Of a DNA stretch of 64,000 nt, positions 54,197-63,960 are shown piece after piece. The position numbers and the translations under genes are program-made. This DNA is from Patescibacteria group bacterium (GTDB taxonomy: Bacteria > Patescibacteriota > Patescibacteriia > JAQUQO01). Within the stretch, counting starts at the first letter, position 1. Every line of letters begins with the position of its first letter. The DNA lies in contig JAQUQO010000001.1 of NCBI GenBank assembly GCA_028716045.1, positions 632,961 to 696,960 on the forward strand, read 5' to 3'. Under the pieces are notes generated by a model that did no database searches, was not told where the DNA came from, and saw only the letters and a list, made by a program, of their open reading frames with translations.

Positions 54197-55819
54197 ATGC
54201 CGGAAAATGGCGAAATTAAACTAAAAAAACCGATAAAAGAACTGCTGGAAGTGTTCGCGAAAAAACCAGAAGATAATCAGGAAATTGCCAAAATCAAAGT
54301 CAGTGAAATGATCAGTAAAATCGCTTTTTTTTACGAAAAAATCCGCAACGTCATTGATTATCGCGAGGAACATCTTTTGCGCAAAGGCGCCGTGGAAAGA
54401 ATCATCCGACGTAAACTTTTGATTGAAGGACGGCTCACCATTGAACCGCAAAAAGAGGCCGACATCGCCAAGTCGTTAATCTGCGAATTGATTCGGGCTT
54501 CTTATATACCCAATGAATCATTGCCGGAAACAAAAATTGGGACGGTGGCTAAAATTTTAGTAAAGTATGACGCGCTGAAGAAAAAAATTGCCGCCACGCC
54601 CCACCGGGAGACGAAAAAAATAAACAATTGGCTCATCGGCCTCATGGCCTGCGAAATAGAAGAAGAACTGATTCCGCCGACCCGCGACCATGCTTTGGCC
54701 GAAACAATGTATAAATTAATGAACCCGCTAATTACCGTGGAAGGCCGGCCGGCGCCGGAAGAGAATGAAAAAAATACTCAAATTTATTTGGCGATTTATC
54801 GCAACCTTCTGAAATACGACCATGGTATGCTGGATTATTTGCTGTGGAATCTTTACTGGCCGGAATGGCGTCAGGGTAGCGAAGAAGCAATAACTAAGGC
54901 AGCGGATAATATAGAGTCAATAAGGCGGGCTATAGAAATCCAAAAAAATCATCCTCTGCGCGAGAAGCTCAATAAAATTTGCAAAAAATACTCGGTACTA
55001 TTTATCATCTTCAAAGACATTATTGAAGAAAATCCGGACAACATTGAAGATATTTTAGCTAATCCGGCGATGCTGGAAGAAAAAGTGACCAAAGTTTGTA
55101 ATAAAAAATATCAGGGGATAAGAACCAAACTGCGCCGCAGCGTGCTCCGTTCAATTATCTATATTTTTATCACTAAAATGGCTTTAGCGCTGGCCATTGA
55201 AGTCCCGTTTGACCTGTTTATCACCCACCAACTACATTATTTATCCTTGGGCATCAATATCCTTTTCCACCCCCTCCTTCTTCTTTTTATTGCCCTTTCT
55301 GTAAGAATTCCCACGGAAAAAAATACTAAAATAATCATCACCAGCTTAAAGCTTCTTTTTTATCAGCATGGCGAGGAAAAATTAAAATATATCGTCAAAA
55401 TGCCGGCAAAACGCGGGGGATTTCTACAAGGTATTTTTACTTTTATCTACGCCCTGACTTTTGTCATTTCTTTCGGCATTTTAGTAACTATTTTAAATAA
55501 ACTGCATTTCAGTATTTTAAGCATGCTCCTCTTTATTCTCTTCTTAAGCGTGGTTAGCTTTTTTGCCACTCGCATCCGCAAAACCGCCAAAGAACTTTTA
55601 GTCATCAAAAAAACCGAGAGCATCTTCACGGCTTTTTCGGACTTCTTCTTTACTCCGATTATCCACGCCGGGCGGTGGCTTTCAGTAAATTTCTCCAAAA
55701 TCAATGTTTTTATCTTTATTATGGATGTTATTATTGAAGCGCCGTTTAAAATTTTTATAGATATCTCCGAACAATGGTTCGCTTTTGTGAGAGAAAAAAA
55801 AGAGGAGCTGGAACCGTGA
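54197..55819 (+). CDS. Hypothetical protein (540 aa) with a soluble N-terminal half and a C-terminal multi-TM region.
   Basis: Long ORF between two strong terminators. Promoter-like extended -10 TGCTAAGAT at 54163-54171. Confidence 0.6.
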   Translation: MPENGEIKLKKPIKELLEVFAKKPEDNQEIAKIKVSEMISKIAFFYEKIRNVIDYREEHLLRKGAVERIIRRKLLIEGRLTIEPQKEADIAKSLICELIRASYIPNESLPETKIGTVAKILVKYDALKKKIAATPHRETKKINNWLIGLMACEIEEELIPPTRDHALAETMYKLMNPLITVEGRPAPEENEKNTQIYLAIYRNLLKYDHGMLDYLLWNLYWPEWRQGSEEAITKAADNIESIRRAIEIQKNHPLREKLNKICKKYSVLFIIFKDIIEENPDNIEDILANPAMLEEKVTKVCNKKYQGIRTKLRRSVLRSIIYIFITKMALALAIEVPFDLFITHQLHYLSLGINILFHPLLLLFIALSVRIPTEKNTKIIITSLKLLFYQHGEEKLKYIVKMPAKRGGFLQGIFTFIYALTFVISFGILVTILNKLHFSILSMLLFILFLSVVSFFATRIRKTAKELLVIKKTESIFTAFSDFFFTPIIHAGRWLSVNFSKINVFIFIMDVIIEAPFKIFIDISEQWFAFVREKKEELEP

Positions 55820-55840
55820 AATAGCGTTAAAATATAAAAA

Positions 55841-55878
55841 CTCCCCCGTCCCGAGAACTCGGGACGGGGGAGTTTTTA
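55841..55878. terminator. Strong bidirectional terminator.
   Basis: CTCCCCCGTCCCGAGaaCTCGGGACGGGGGAG flanked by an A-run and a T-run. Confidence 0.8.
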
Positions 55879-55889
55879 TATGAAAAAAT

Positions 55890-56885
55890 TTAAATGGTTT
55901 CCCTCAAAAATTTTTCTAACAACCGGCAAGGGTCAGCTCTTTTGTAAATAATGCGATAAACGAGTTCCAAAAGGGGCAATTTTAATTTTCTCTTTTTGGC
56001 TATATCATAAACTATTTTAACGGCTACCACTCCTTCAGTCACCTGCTCCATGGATTTTCTGGCGCGCGCGTAAGAACCTTTAACACAAATCAGCTCGCCG
56101 AGCGTCCGGTTGCGGCTGAATTCCGATAAGCTGGTGGCTAAAAAATCGCCAAGTCCGGCCAAACTATAAACCGTCTCCGTATTGGCGCCGAAAGAACGAT
56201 AAATAGATTTCATTTCTTCCAGGGCCTCAACGGCCAAAACTATCTGCGTATTATTAGTGTAATCCATTCCGTCGCACATGCCCATGGCGATGGCATAGAT
56301 ATTTTTTAACGCTCCGCCGAGCTCCGTGCCGATAAGGTCATTACTCCAAATCACCTTAAAATAGTCCGTGGCTAAAATTTTCCTTAATTTTTTAAAATTA
56401 TTTTTAGCGCCGGCGGCGGCTATTACCACGGCAAATTTTTTTCGCACAAATTCCGTGGCTACCGAAGGGCCGGAAATCACCACCACATTTTTTGCCCAAT
56501 TATAGCCGAGTTCATTTAAAATCACTTCGTGCATTACTCGGCCGGTTTTTTCTTCCAACCCCTTTGAGGTATTTACCAGCAGCTGGCCAGTCTTCAAATA
56601 CGGCTTTATTTCTTTTACCACGCCTTTTATGGCCCGTGAAGGAACGGCGAGGAAGACCGCCTCGGCTCCGTTAACACAATCCGGAATATTAAAAACCGCT
56701 CTGATATTTTTAGATAGTTTAATCTTGGACAGATATTTTTTGTTGGTATGGCGAGAATTTATCTCGGCTAAAATCCTTTCCTCTATGCCCCAAATTTTTA
56801 CCCCCCAACCGTTTTCGGCAATCACCTGCGCCAAAGCCGTGCCCATATTGCCGGAACCAATGATAGCGATATGTCTCTTGTGCAT
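55890..56885 (-). CDS. gpsA: NAD(P)H-dependent glycerol-3-phosphate dehydrogenase.
   Basis: 331 aa. IAIIGSGNMGTALA Rossmann motif and a GpsA C-terminal domain. Confidence 0.95.
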   Translation of the reverse strand: MHKRHIAIIGSGNMGTALAQVIAENGWGVKIWGIEERILAEINSRHTNKKYLSKIKLSKNIRAVFNIPDCVNGAEAVFLAVPSRAIKGVVKEIKPYLKTGQLLVNTSKGLEEKTGRVMHEVILNELGYNWAKNVVVISGPSVATEFVRKKFAVVIAAAGAKNNFKKLRKILATDYFKVIWSNDLIGTELGGALKNIYAIAMGMCDGMDYTNNTQIVLAVEALEEMKSIYRSFGANTETVYSLAGLGDFLATSLSEFSRNRTLGELICVKGSYARARKSMEQVTEGVVAVKIVYDIAKKRKLKLPLLELVYRIIYKRADPCRLLEKFLRETI

Positions 56886-57013
56886 AATATTAAAGTTAAA
56901 CTTATTTTAGTATAACATAAAAATTCGAAACTTGAAACCCATACTCTGCTGCTTAAAATGGCGGCTATTCGTCCAACGGTTAAGCGTGGCGTGCCAATAA
57001 AAAACGGACTTAA

Positions 57014-57331
57014 TTAAGTCCGTTCTAATTCCCTAAAGGCCTCTTGCAATTCTAAAAATTTACGATGAAGACCGATAAACGACGATTTGTCTTCTGCGAT
57101 AATGGCCGTCACTCCCTCGCCATAAAGAAGCATCACTCTTATAGCATTAATTACTTCTTCTCGCTGCTCCTTCGGTAAAAAACCCAAAAACTCCTTATAA
57201 AGAATGTCCCATTTCAAAACCAAAAAAGAAAGTACGGCGAGAAAGTGCTTAGCTACCGATTCAGAAGTATGCCCCTTGGCTTTTTGTTCAGAATAAAAAC
57301 GATGAATCTTTAAAATAGTAAGCGGGTTCAT
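57014..57331 (-). CDS. Hypothetical protein (106 aa).
   Basis: Start chosen at the MNPLTILK ATG (57329-57331) because of the perfect RBS CAGGAGGATAAG; the track begins 8 codons upstream. Confidence 0.6.
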   Translation of the reverse strand: MNPLTILKIHRFYSEQKAKGHTSESVAKHFLAVLSFLVLKWDILYKEFLGFLPKEQREEVINAIRVMLLYGEGVTAIIAEDKSSFIGLHRKFLELQEAFRELERT

Positions 57332-57540
57332 CTTATCCTCCTGATAAAATTTCAAATGGCAATCATTGAATAATAACCTAAAAATTAAATTTCGTCAAGA
57401 CCCGTCCGTCGCGACTGACGGGTCAAAATTTTTATCTTTTTCTTAGAGAGGGGATTTTGCCGCCCTAAAAACAAAAATGCTGCCGGTTCGGAGGCGAGGG
57501 GTAAAATTAAACTATAAATTTTAAACTTTAAGTTATTAAC

Positions 57541-57572
57541 ATTGACACTATTCGGCCTTGTGCTAAGATATA
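57541..57572 (+). promoter_or_regulatory. Promoter with an extended -10 (TTGACA-16-TGCTAAGAT) for the SIS gene.
   Basis: TTGACACTATTCGGCCTTGTGCTAAGAT. The same CTTGTGCTAAGAT 13-mer occurs upstream of the gene at 54197. Confidence 0.55.
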
Positions 57573-57594
57573 AAAATTATTATAAAGCTAGGCA

Positions 57595-58665
57595 ATGTCT
57601 AAGCTTGATGATTTAAAACAAATACAAAAACTTGACGGGGGCGGAGTTTTAGAATCGATTGCTTCGTTAGACAAACAAATTAGGCAGGCCTGGGAAGAAA
57701 CGCAAAAATTGATACTGCCGGAAGAATATAAAGGATGCAACAACGTTGTCGTCTGCGGAATGGGCGGCTCAACTTTGGGCACTCATATTATTAAAACCTT
57801 GTTCGCCGAGGAATTAGATGTGCCACTGGAAATTGTTAATGATTATAAATTGCCGAATTTTGCCGATGATGACACGCTCTGCATTCTTTCCAGCTATTCC
57901 GGCAATACGGAGGAAGTAATGAAAGTTGCCGAGGAGGCCGTGGAAAAGCAATTAAAAATAGTGGGTATTTGCGCCGGCGGGGAACTGGCCGAATTTCTGA
58001 AATCCCATAATTTCCCCGCTTACATCTTTGAACCGAAATTCAATGTTTCGGGCCAGCCCCGCTTGGGGCTCGGTTATTCCATAATGGGCCAGCTCGGCAT
58101 TTTGTGCCGTGCTGGTTTTTTAGATATTGAGGAAAAGGATATTAATGAAATAATCGGGGTGGTCAAGAAAATCGGTCAAAACTGCGTTCCGGAAATAGAC
58201 ACTAAAAATAATCCAGCTAAAGAACTGGCCGGGGAAATCCATGGCAAAATAGCCGTGGCGGTAGGTTCGGAATTTTTAGCCGGCAACCTCCATGTGCTGG
58301 CCAATCAAATAAATGAAAATTCTAAAAATTTTGCCGCCTATTTTCTTCTGCCCGAACTGAATCATCACCTGTTGGAAGGGCTCGGCCATCCCGAGGCTTG
58401 CCGCCAGCTCCACTTTTTGTTCATCAACTCCCGCCTGTATCATGAACGAACTGGCTCGCGCTACCATCTCACTGAAGAAGTAGTCAAAAAAAATAATATC
58501 TCTTACAGTGAATTCGTGCCGACCAGCAGAACCAAACTGCTTCAATCTTTTGAAATTTTAAGCTTAGGAAGTTTTATCAGTTTCTATCTGGCAATTCTTA
58601 ATGGAGAAGACCCGAGCAAAATCCCGTGGGTGAATTATTTAAAAAATAAATTGAGGGAGGCTTAA
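57595..58665 (+). CDS. SIS-domain bifunctional phosphoglucose/phosphomannose isomerase-type protein.
   Basis: 356 aa with an SIS motif (VVVCGMGGSTLG) and overall archaeal-type PGI/PMI architecture. Confidence 0.75.
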   Translation: MSKLDDLKQIQKLDGGGVLESIASLDKQIRQAWEETQKLILPEEYKGCNNVVVCGMGGSTLGTHIIKTLFAEELDVPLEIVNDYKLPNFADDDTLCILSSYSGNTEEVMKVAEEAVEKQLKIVGICAGGELAEFLKSHNFPAYIFEPKFNVSGQPRLGLGYSIMGQLGILCRAGFLDIEEKDINEIIGVVKKIGQNCVPEIDTKNNPAKELAGEIHGKIAVAVGSEFLAGNLHVLANQINENSKNFAAYFLLPELNHHLLEGLGHPEACRQLHFLFINSRLYHERTGSRYHLTEEVVKKNNISYSEFVPTSRTKLLQSFEILSLGSFISFYLAILNGEDPSKIPWVNYLKNKLREA

Positions 58666-58744
58666 TCCGTCAGTCGCGACTGACGGGTCTTAACCAAATT
58701 GCCATTCCCATGCTTGATGGCAATTTGACCTAAGCAAAAAAGAA

Positions 58745-58771
58745 AAAAGACCGTTTAAAAACGGTCTTTTG
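58745..58771. terminator. Bidirectional terminator.
   Basis: GACCGTTTaaaaACGGTC flanked by an A-run and a T-run. Confidence 0.7.
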
Positions 58772-58807
58772 CGCTGTAATAAAATAATTAGCAAAAGATA
58801 TTACTGA

Positions 58808-60796
58808 CTAATGGTTAAAAATATCCAAACTAACCGGGCTGGCTAAAACTTTTTCTTCGTCAATCACCTGCTTTATTGAACCCATTCTATCAAGCTCGTT
58901 GCCACCTTTAATTTGGACTAAATTTATTTCCAATTTATACTCCCCGGCCAACAAGCGATTTTTTATTTCTTCCGAGAAATTCCACCAATAGTTAGTTTTG
59001 ATAATCATATTCGCCGGCCATTCATTCGGCGGATAAAGTCCGTAGTTAAAAGGTAATAACTCGCGCTCCATAATTTGTCCTCCTTCGTCAACAACGCGAC
59101 GGCTGATAAAATACTCGTCTTTGGACTCGCGAGAATTCTCCCAAAATAAAGAAATGGGAATCAAATCGCTCGCGGCTATCTCGGATGTTTGATAGCCCAA
59201 AAAGTTAATTCCGCTTTCGGAAACGATTTTGTTGTTTTTAAAATTTTCCACTGGCAAACTATCCGGCAGTTCATAAAGTTCAACTTTTTCCGCGGTATTT
59301 TTTTGAAAAAGAACTAAATTATCAATAACTTTTACCGCGCCTAAATTATTTTTCAAAATCTCTTCTCTTAAACGATTATCTCCCGACTCATAGATATTCC
59401 AAAGATGTTTGTGCAAAAAAAAATTAAAATAAAATGACACTATTTCTCTGGAATCTAAAATCAAATACTCGGTATTCTCCGGCAAACGATATGGGGTAAA
59501 CCCGAACTGTTGCTTGCCGTAAAAAACGTAATTTAGGGCATAAAGGTCTTTTCTTAAAGAAAGGTTGGAACGCAAACTCCAAGAAGCGGCTACCGGCTCT
59601 TCCGACGGTATTTCTTTTATAACTTCTCTTGAGTTAATCCTATCTAAAGCTATTTGCTCATTGCCAAATTTAGCAAAAAATTCCGGCAACGGACCAAGAG
59701 CTAAATTTAAATATAAAATACCCGCCGCCAGAGAAACCCAAAAAACATCTGCTCTTTTTTTATAAAAATTGCCAGAAGAAATTTTATTCAGGCCAAAAAT
59801 GAAAGCCACAACAATTCCCAAAAGAAAAAACAATCCATATTGCGTACGCAAAATCGTATCACTGCCTCCGGCTTCCGCTAAAGCAATTTGTAAAAACGGG
59901 GGTAAAGCCAACAAAAGATATTTTGGTTTTAAAAATGGGATGTAAAAAAATGGCGCTAGCAGCCCAAAAATCATCAACCAATTTCCCGGGCGAACCAAAT
60001 GCGCCGCCACAGCGCCAAAATGAGGAAAAAAATTCAATATCATTTCCGGGAAAGAACTGCCCAGCCAGCCGTAAAAAGCGACAAATTTATAACTGCCGGC
60101 CGGAGAAAAATGATTGATTACTTGCAGGGAAAAAATGAACCAACCCGCGCCCAAAAGAAATGATGTTAAAACAAAACGCCAACTTTTTCTTTCCCATAAA
60201 GACAAAAATCCAAACATCAAAACTATTAAAGCCGTATCCTCGCGCACGAATAACGCCAGAAGAATAAAAACAAAATAAGGCCAAAATCTATTGCTGTAAT
60301 AAAAATAAAAAGCCCAGAGCAAAAAGAAAAGGGCCAAGGGATAAAGATGGACTTCGTATAAATTAATATTATGTAAGACCGGATTTAAAAGATAAATGGC
60401 GGCGAGGGCGAGGGGCAGCCATTTTTTATATTTTTCATCAACGAATATCTTTTGGGTAATTTTGTAAACCGGCCAAGCGCCGAGCGCCAAAAAAATCGTC
60501 TGCAAAACCAGTAAAAAAAGCGGCGACTGCCAAAAATAATACAACGGCGCTAACAATAAGATAATCGGCTCAAAATGGTCGCCCAGATAAGTCGGTGGGT
60601 GGATAGAAAGCCCGAACCAATCGCCGTGGACCGTATTGTAAAAAGTATTGTTAAAAATCGCCAAATCCAATCCGTTGTATAAAAAATTATCGTACTTCCA
60701 AAAAGAGATAAAAGAAAAAGCGACGATATAAACAATGATAAGCAGCCCCAGCAGCTTGAAATTATTTTTAATTATCCACTTTAAAATTTTTTGCAT
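58808..60796 (-). CDS. Large polytopic membrane protein. DUF2079-like; possibly GT-C-type glycosyltransferase-like.
   Basis: 662 aa with about 10 TM helices in the N-terminal 330 aa and a C-terminal soluble domain. Family assignment is from memory and is weak. Confidence 0.55.
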   Translation of the reverse strand: MQKILKWIIKNNFKLLGLLIIVYIVAFSFISFWKYDNFLYNGLDLAIFNNTFYNTVHGDWFGLSIHPPTYLGDHFEPIILLLAPLYYFWQSPLFLLVLQTIFLALGAWPVYKITQKIFVDEKYKKWLPLALAAIYLLNPVLHNINLYEVHLYPLALFFLLWAFYFYYSNRFWPYFVFILLALFVREDTALIVLMFGFLSLWERKSWRFVLTSFLLGAGWFIFSLQVINHFSPAGSYKFVAFYGWLGSSFPEMILNFFPHFGAVAAHLVRPGNWLMIFGLLAPFFYIPFLKPKYLLLALPPFLQIALAEAGGSDTILRTQYGLFFLLGIVVAFIFGLNKISSGNFYKKRADVFWVSLAAGILYLNLALGPLPEFFAKFGNEQIALDRINSREVIKEIPSEEPVAASWSLRSNLSLRKDLYALNYVFYGKQQFGFTPYRLPENTEYLILDSREIVSFYFNFFLHKHLWNIYESGDNRLREEILKNNLGAVKVIDNLVLFQKNTAEKVELYELPDSLPVENFKNNKIVSESGINFLGYQTSEIAASDLIPISLFWENSRESKDEYFISRRVVDEGGQIMERELLPFNYGLYPPNEWPANMIIKTNYWWNFSEEIKNRLLAGEYKLEINLVQIKGGNELDRMGSIKQVIDEEKVLASPVSLDIFNH

Positions 60797-60802
60797 AATT
60801 TT

Positions 60803-60835
60803 AAAAGCAGATGTTAGAAAACATCTGCTTTTTAC
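60803..60835 (-). terminator. Rho-independent terminator ending the pilin-like gene array.
   Basis: AAGCAGATGTTagaaaACATCTGCTT followed by TTTT on the minus strand. Confidence 0.65.
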
Positions 60836-60852
60836 CTAACTTATTGGAAATT

Positions 60853-61398
60853 TTAACAAGAGGATTGGTCGCCATGTTCGCATTTGCATTTATAATCCCA
60901 CGGTTCACATTGAGTTTCCCATTCTTTGATTTCGCTTTCTGATGGATTTTCCAGAGCAATATTTTTAATGACATTCTCCACGATAAAAATCCAAATGGAG
61001 ACTGACAGTAAAACTATGGCTATGCCGATGACGCCGTTAAACAATAACTTTTTAGCTTTTTCTATATTTTGCTCATTCCCGCCGGCCGTCATCCAGACAA
61101 AACCGGCGTATACAATCACTCCCAAAAACACCAGGCCTAAAAACCCGCCGGCATATCTGATAAGCGTAGCCATAAAAAGAAAAATGTTGTTAACTCTGCT
61201 GGAAGAAAAATACAATGTCTCGCCGGCCGTAGCGCCCAATTGCTTTTCTATATCTTGCTCACCGCTTTTATCTAAAAACAACGGCCGATTGATATCCGGC
61301 GTGGTTTGCAAGGCCTGCACGGTGTTGCTTACAAAAATCAAACCGAAAAATAGAATCACTGCGGAAATAAAAATTATACCTAATTGCTTCTTACTCAT
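60853..61398 (-). CDS. TrbC/VirB2-like pilin-family paralog 1 (181 aa) with an extra Cys-rich C-terminal tail.
   Basis: Signal peptide, then TM1, then VYAGFVWMTAGGNEQNIEKAKK, then TM2. C-terminus CEPWDYKCKCEHGDQSSC. Confidence 0.6.
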   Translation of the reverse strand: MSKKQLGIIFISAVILFFGLIFVSNTVQALQTTPDINRPLFLDKSGEQDIEKQLGATAGETLYFSSSRVNNIFLFMATLIRYAGGFLGLVFLGVIVYAGFVWMTAGGNEQNIEKAKKLLFNGVIGIAIVLLSVSIWIFIVENVIKNIALENPSESEIKEWETQCEPWDYKCKCEHGDQSSC

Positions 61399-61406
61399 AA
61401 TACAAA

Positions 61407-61865
61407 TTATTTGACTTTCACGCCCGCGCCTATGGTTTTTTGCGAAATCGCCTCGTATAAAATGCGGTTGATGGTGTAAGTAATACTAACCGAGAGAAAA
61501 ATAATCAAAACCGCTATCACCGCGTTGACTATCATTTTTTTAGCTTTGCCAAGCTGGTCTTCGTTGCCGCCGGCCGTCAGCCATAAATATCCGCCGTAAA
61601 TCATCAAAATAACAAAAATAAAGCCCACAAAGAGCAAAACGTATTGGATGAGGGAAACGATTACTAAGCGAATGTCTTGGCTTTCGCCCGTGGCATATTT
61701 GGCTTCTTTGCCGGCTTCACCTAATTGGTTGAGGGGGCTTAGAACAGAAGTTCCTCCTTCGCCGAACGTCGGCTCCTGAGCCAGGGAAATCTGCGGCTGA
61801 CAAAAAATAAAAAAAGCCCCGGATAAAACAGCGGCTGTGATTGTTAGAATTAAAAAATGTTTCAT
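61407..61865 (-). CDS. TrbC/VirB2-like pilin-family paralog 2 (152 aa).
   Basis: Signal peptide (…ISLAQEP), TM1, IYGGYLWLTAGGNEDQLGKAKK, TM2. Confidence 0.6.
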   Translation of the reverse strand: MKHFLILTITAAVLSGAFFIFCQPQISLAQEPTFGEGGTSVLSPLNQLGEAGKEAKYATGESQDIRLVIVSLIQYVLLFVGFIFVILMIYGGYLWLTAGGNEDQLGKAKKMIVNAVIAVLIIFLSVSITYTINRILYEAISQKTIGAGVKVK

Positions 61866-61874
61866 AATCGCTGG

Positions 61875-62273
61875 CTAAACAAAAATGGCGACAATCGTTC
61901 TGGTAATAATATAGGCAGCCATCGTAATACCCAAACCAATACTGGCGTCAATAATGATGGTTTTTGATTTGGTAATCTTTTCTTCATTGCCCCGGGCGAG
62001 CATCCAATTGACACCTCCGTAAACCACTAAAACCAAAAAAATCGTGCCTACTAGCACTAAAAGCGCGCCGATGCCCCCACCTACTCTGGCCGCGAGCGTC
62101 GTTTCTCCCACCTCTCCAAATCCGCCCGCGCCCACCCCGGCGGCGGTTTTTAATCTTTCAAAATAACTTTCTTTAAAACTTTTCGGTTCTGCGGCCAATA
62201 AAACAGCCGGAAAAAAATAAACAGCGGCTAATAAAAAATATCTTATTTCTTTGAAAAAATTAAATTTCGCCAT
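61875..62273 (-). CDS. TrbC/VirB2-like pilin-family paralog 3 (132 aa).
   Basis: Signal peptide, Gly-rich linker, VYGGVNWMLARGNEEKITKSK, TM2. Confidence 0.6.
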   Translation of the reverse strand: MAKFNFFKEIRYFLLAAVYFFPAVLLAAEPKSFKESYFERLKTAAGVGAGGFGEVGETTLAARVGGGIGALLVLVGTIFLVLVVYGGVNWMLARGNEEKITKSKTIIIDASIGLGITMAAYIITRTIVAIFV

Positions 62274-62276
62274 AAT

Positions 62277-62720
62277 TTAGGTAGAAAATAAAAACGTGGA
62301 AACTGTCCAAACGATGGCGTAAGCCAAAAATATGACAATAAGACCGGTAACGGCGTTTCTAATGATTCCCTTGGACTTGTCTATAATTTCGGATTCGCCT
62401 CTGGCCGTCATCCACTTTACTCCTCCGTAAACCATCAAGACAAGAAAAACTACGCCTATCACTGATAATAAACCGACAATCGCTCCGGCAATCTTTGATT
62501 CTAAACTATCACCCGTTCTTAACCCGGCCTTTTCAGCTGCTGAACCCAAAATATCAGTGGCATCTTTAAAATTTGTCTGCATGTCAGGGTTAGGTTCGGA
62601 TTGCCCAACATTATCATCGGCAAAAACTGCCGGTGAAGAACAAAACATTAAGCAGAAAAAAAATCCCAATAGAATAATTGTAAAAATACTTCTCGTTGTC
62701 ATAAATTTAACCGCCTCCAA
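62277..62720 (-). CDS. TrbC/VirB2-like pilin-family paralog 4 (147 aa).
   Basis: Signal peptide, VYGGVKWMTARGESEIIDKSK, TM2. Confidence 0.6.
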   Translation of the reverse strand: MEAVKFMTTRSIFTIILLGFFFCLMFCSSPAVFADDNVGQSEPNPDMQTNFKDATDILGSAAEKAGLRTGDSLESKIAGAIVGLLSVIGVVFLVLMVYGGVKWMTARGESEIIDKSKGIIRNAVTGLIVIFLAYAIVWTVSTFLFST

Positions 62721-63138
62721 AAATTAATCTATTAAGCACAAACTCCACTATAAAATAAGAAAGGGCCACGACCACAACGCCAATAATCGCATTGACGATT
62801 GTATCCTTGGATTTTTCCACTTTTTGTTCATTCCCCCTAGCAATCATCCAATTGATACCGCCATAAATCATCAATATTAAAAATATCACTCCGACAAAGG
62901 TCAAAGCTGAACCAAGTAAACTTCCTATTAATGCCGCTAAATTTGTTGAAGTTGCTAACTCTCCTTCCTCGGCTCCGGGAATACCGGCCTCTTTGGCTGT
63001 CGTACCCAATCCATAATCATCATTCTTCTCCTGCGCGGCGGAAGGCAAAACGCCAAACCACCCAAAAATCAAAAAAGCCACTAAAAAAATAATGGCTAAA
63101 GAAAAAATTGAATAAATTTTCTTATCCTTGCTTTTCAT
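62707..63138 (-). CDS. TrbC/VirB2-like pilin-family paralog 5 (143 aa).
   Basis: Signal peptide, IYGGINWMIARGNEQKVEKSK, TM2. Overlaps paralog 4 by 14 nt. Confidence 0.6.
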   Translation of the reverse strand: MKSKDKKIYSIFSLAIIFLVAFLIFGWFGVLPSAAQEKNDDYGLGTTAKEAGIPGAEEGELATSTNLAALIGSLLGSALTFVGVIFLILMIYGGINWMIARGNEQKVEKSKDTIVNAIIGVVVVALSYFIVEFVLNRLIFGGG

Positions 63139-63193
63139 TGGAAATATTCATTAGGCCCCTTGTCTTATAAAAACAAGGGGCCCGTATTAGATA

Positions 63194-63571
63194 TTAGCTG
63201 GTGGCTTCAATCAATCCCCTGATAACAAAGGTGGCGATGGAATAAGCGGCTAAAACAATGGCTAAACCAATGACACCCTGCATCAAAAGCTTCTTCGCTT
63301 CGCTGACTTTATCTTCATTGCCCGCGGCAGTCATCCATTTAAATCCGCCGACTAAAATAATCACTACTGCCAGAGTTCCGAGAAAGCCCATTATCACCTT
63401 GATAATATTGGCGATGGTCTCGCGAATATCGGTGCTGGTCAATCCGGTTTGAGTCAAATACTCCAGACCGGGGTCAATATCCGTTTGCGCCAAGACCGCT
63501 CCCGGCAAAATCACTAAGGCAAAAAGGACAAAAAATCCCATTGCCCAAGAAAAAAGCGTTTTTAACTTCAT
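63194..63571 (-). CDS. TrbC/VirB2-like pilin-family paralog 6 (125 aa).
   Basis: Signal peptide (…GAVLAQT), LVGGFKWMTAAGNEDKVSEAKK, TM2. Confidence 0.6.
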   Translation of the reverse strand: MKLKTLFSWAMGFFVLFALVILPGAVLAQTDIDPGLEYLTQTGLTSTDIRETIANIIKVIMGFLGTLAVVIILVGGFKWMTAAGNEDKVSEAKKLLMQGVIGLAIVLAAYSIATFVIRGLIEATS

Positions 63572-63611
63572 AATTGTTAATTTCCTTATTTAAAAATTAT
63601 TTAAAATCGTC

Positions 63612-63950
63612 TTATTTTTGCGTCAAAGTTGCTATAACAAAACCGACTAAGATATAACTGGCGAAAATGATAACCAGCCCGATGGCCGACCAAAGCAAAA
63701 TATCCCTGCCTTTCTTTATTTTATCAGCATTTCCGGCTGATGTCAACCAAATTAATCCTCCGTAAATGAACATTGCCAGGGCGATAGAGCCAACAATCCC
63801 CATAATCGCTTTAATAACACCGCCGATGGCTGTTTGCGGGTCACTAAATTTTAACGGATTTTTAAGTTGAATCGCGGCATAAACCGGCATAAACGACAAA
63901 AAAAATACGGTTAGGCTGATAAAAACGTTTCTTAAAACTTTCCTAAACAT
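63612..63950 (-). CDS. TrbC/VirB2-like pilin-family paralog 7 (112 aa).
   Basis: Signal peptide (…PVYAA), IYGGLIWLTSAGNADKIKKGR, TM2. Confidence 0.6.
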   Translation of the reverse strand: MFRKVLRNVFISLTVFFLSFMPVYAAIQLKNPLKFSDPQTAIGGVIKAIMGIVGSIALAMFIYGGLIWLTSAGNADKIKKGRDILLWSAIGLVIIFASYILVGFVIATLTQK

Positions 63951-63960
63951 AATTAAGAAA

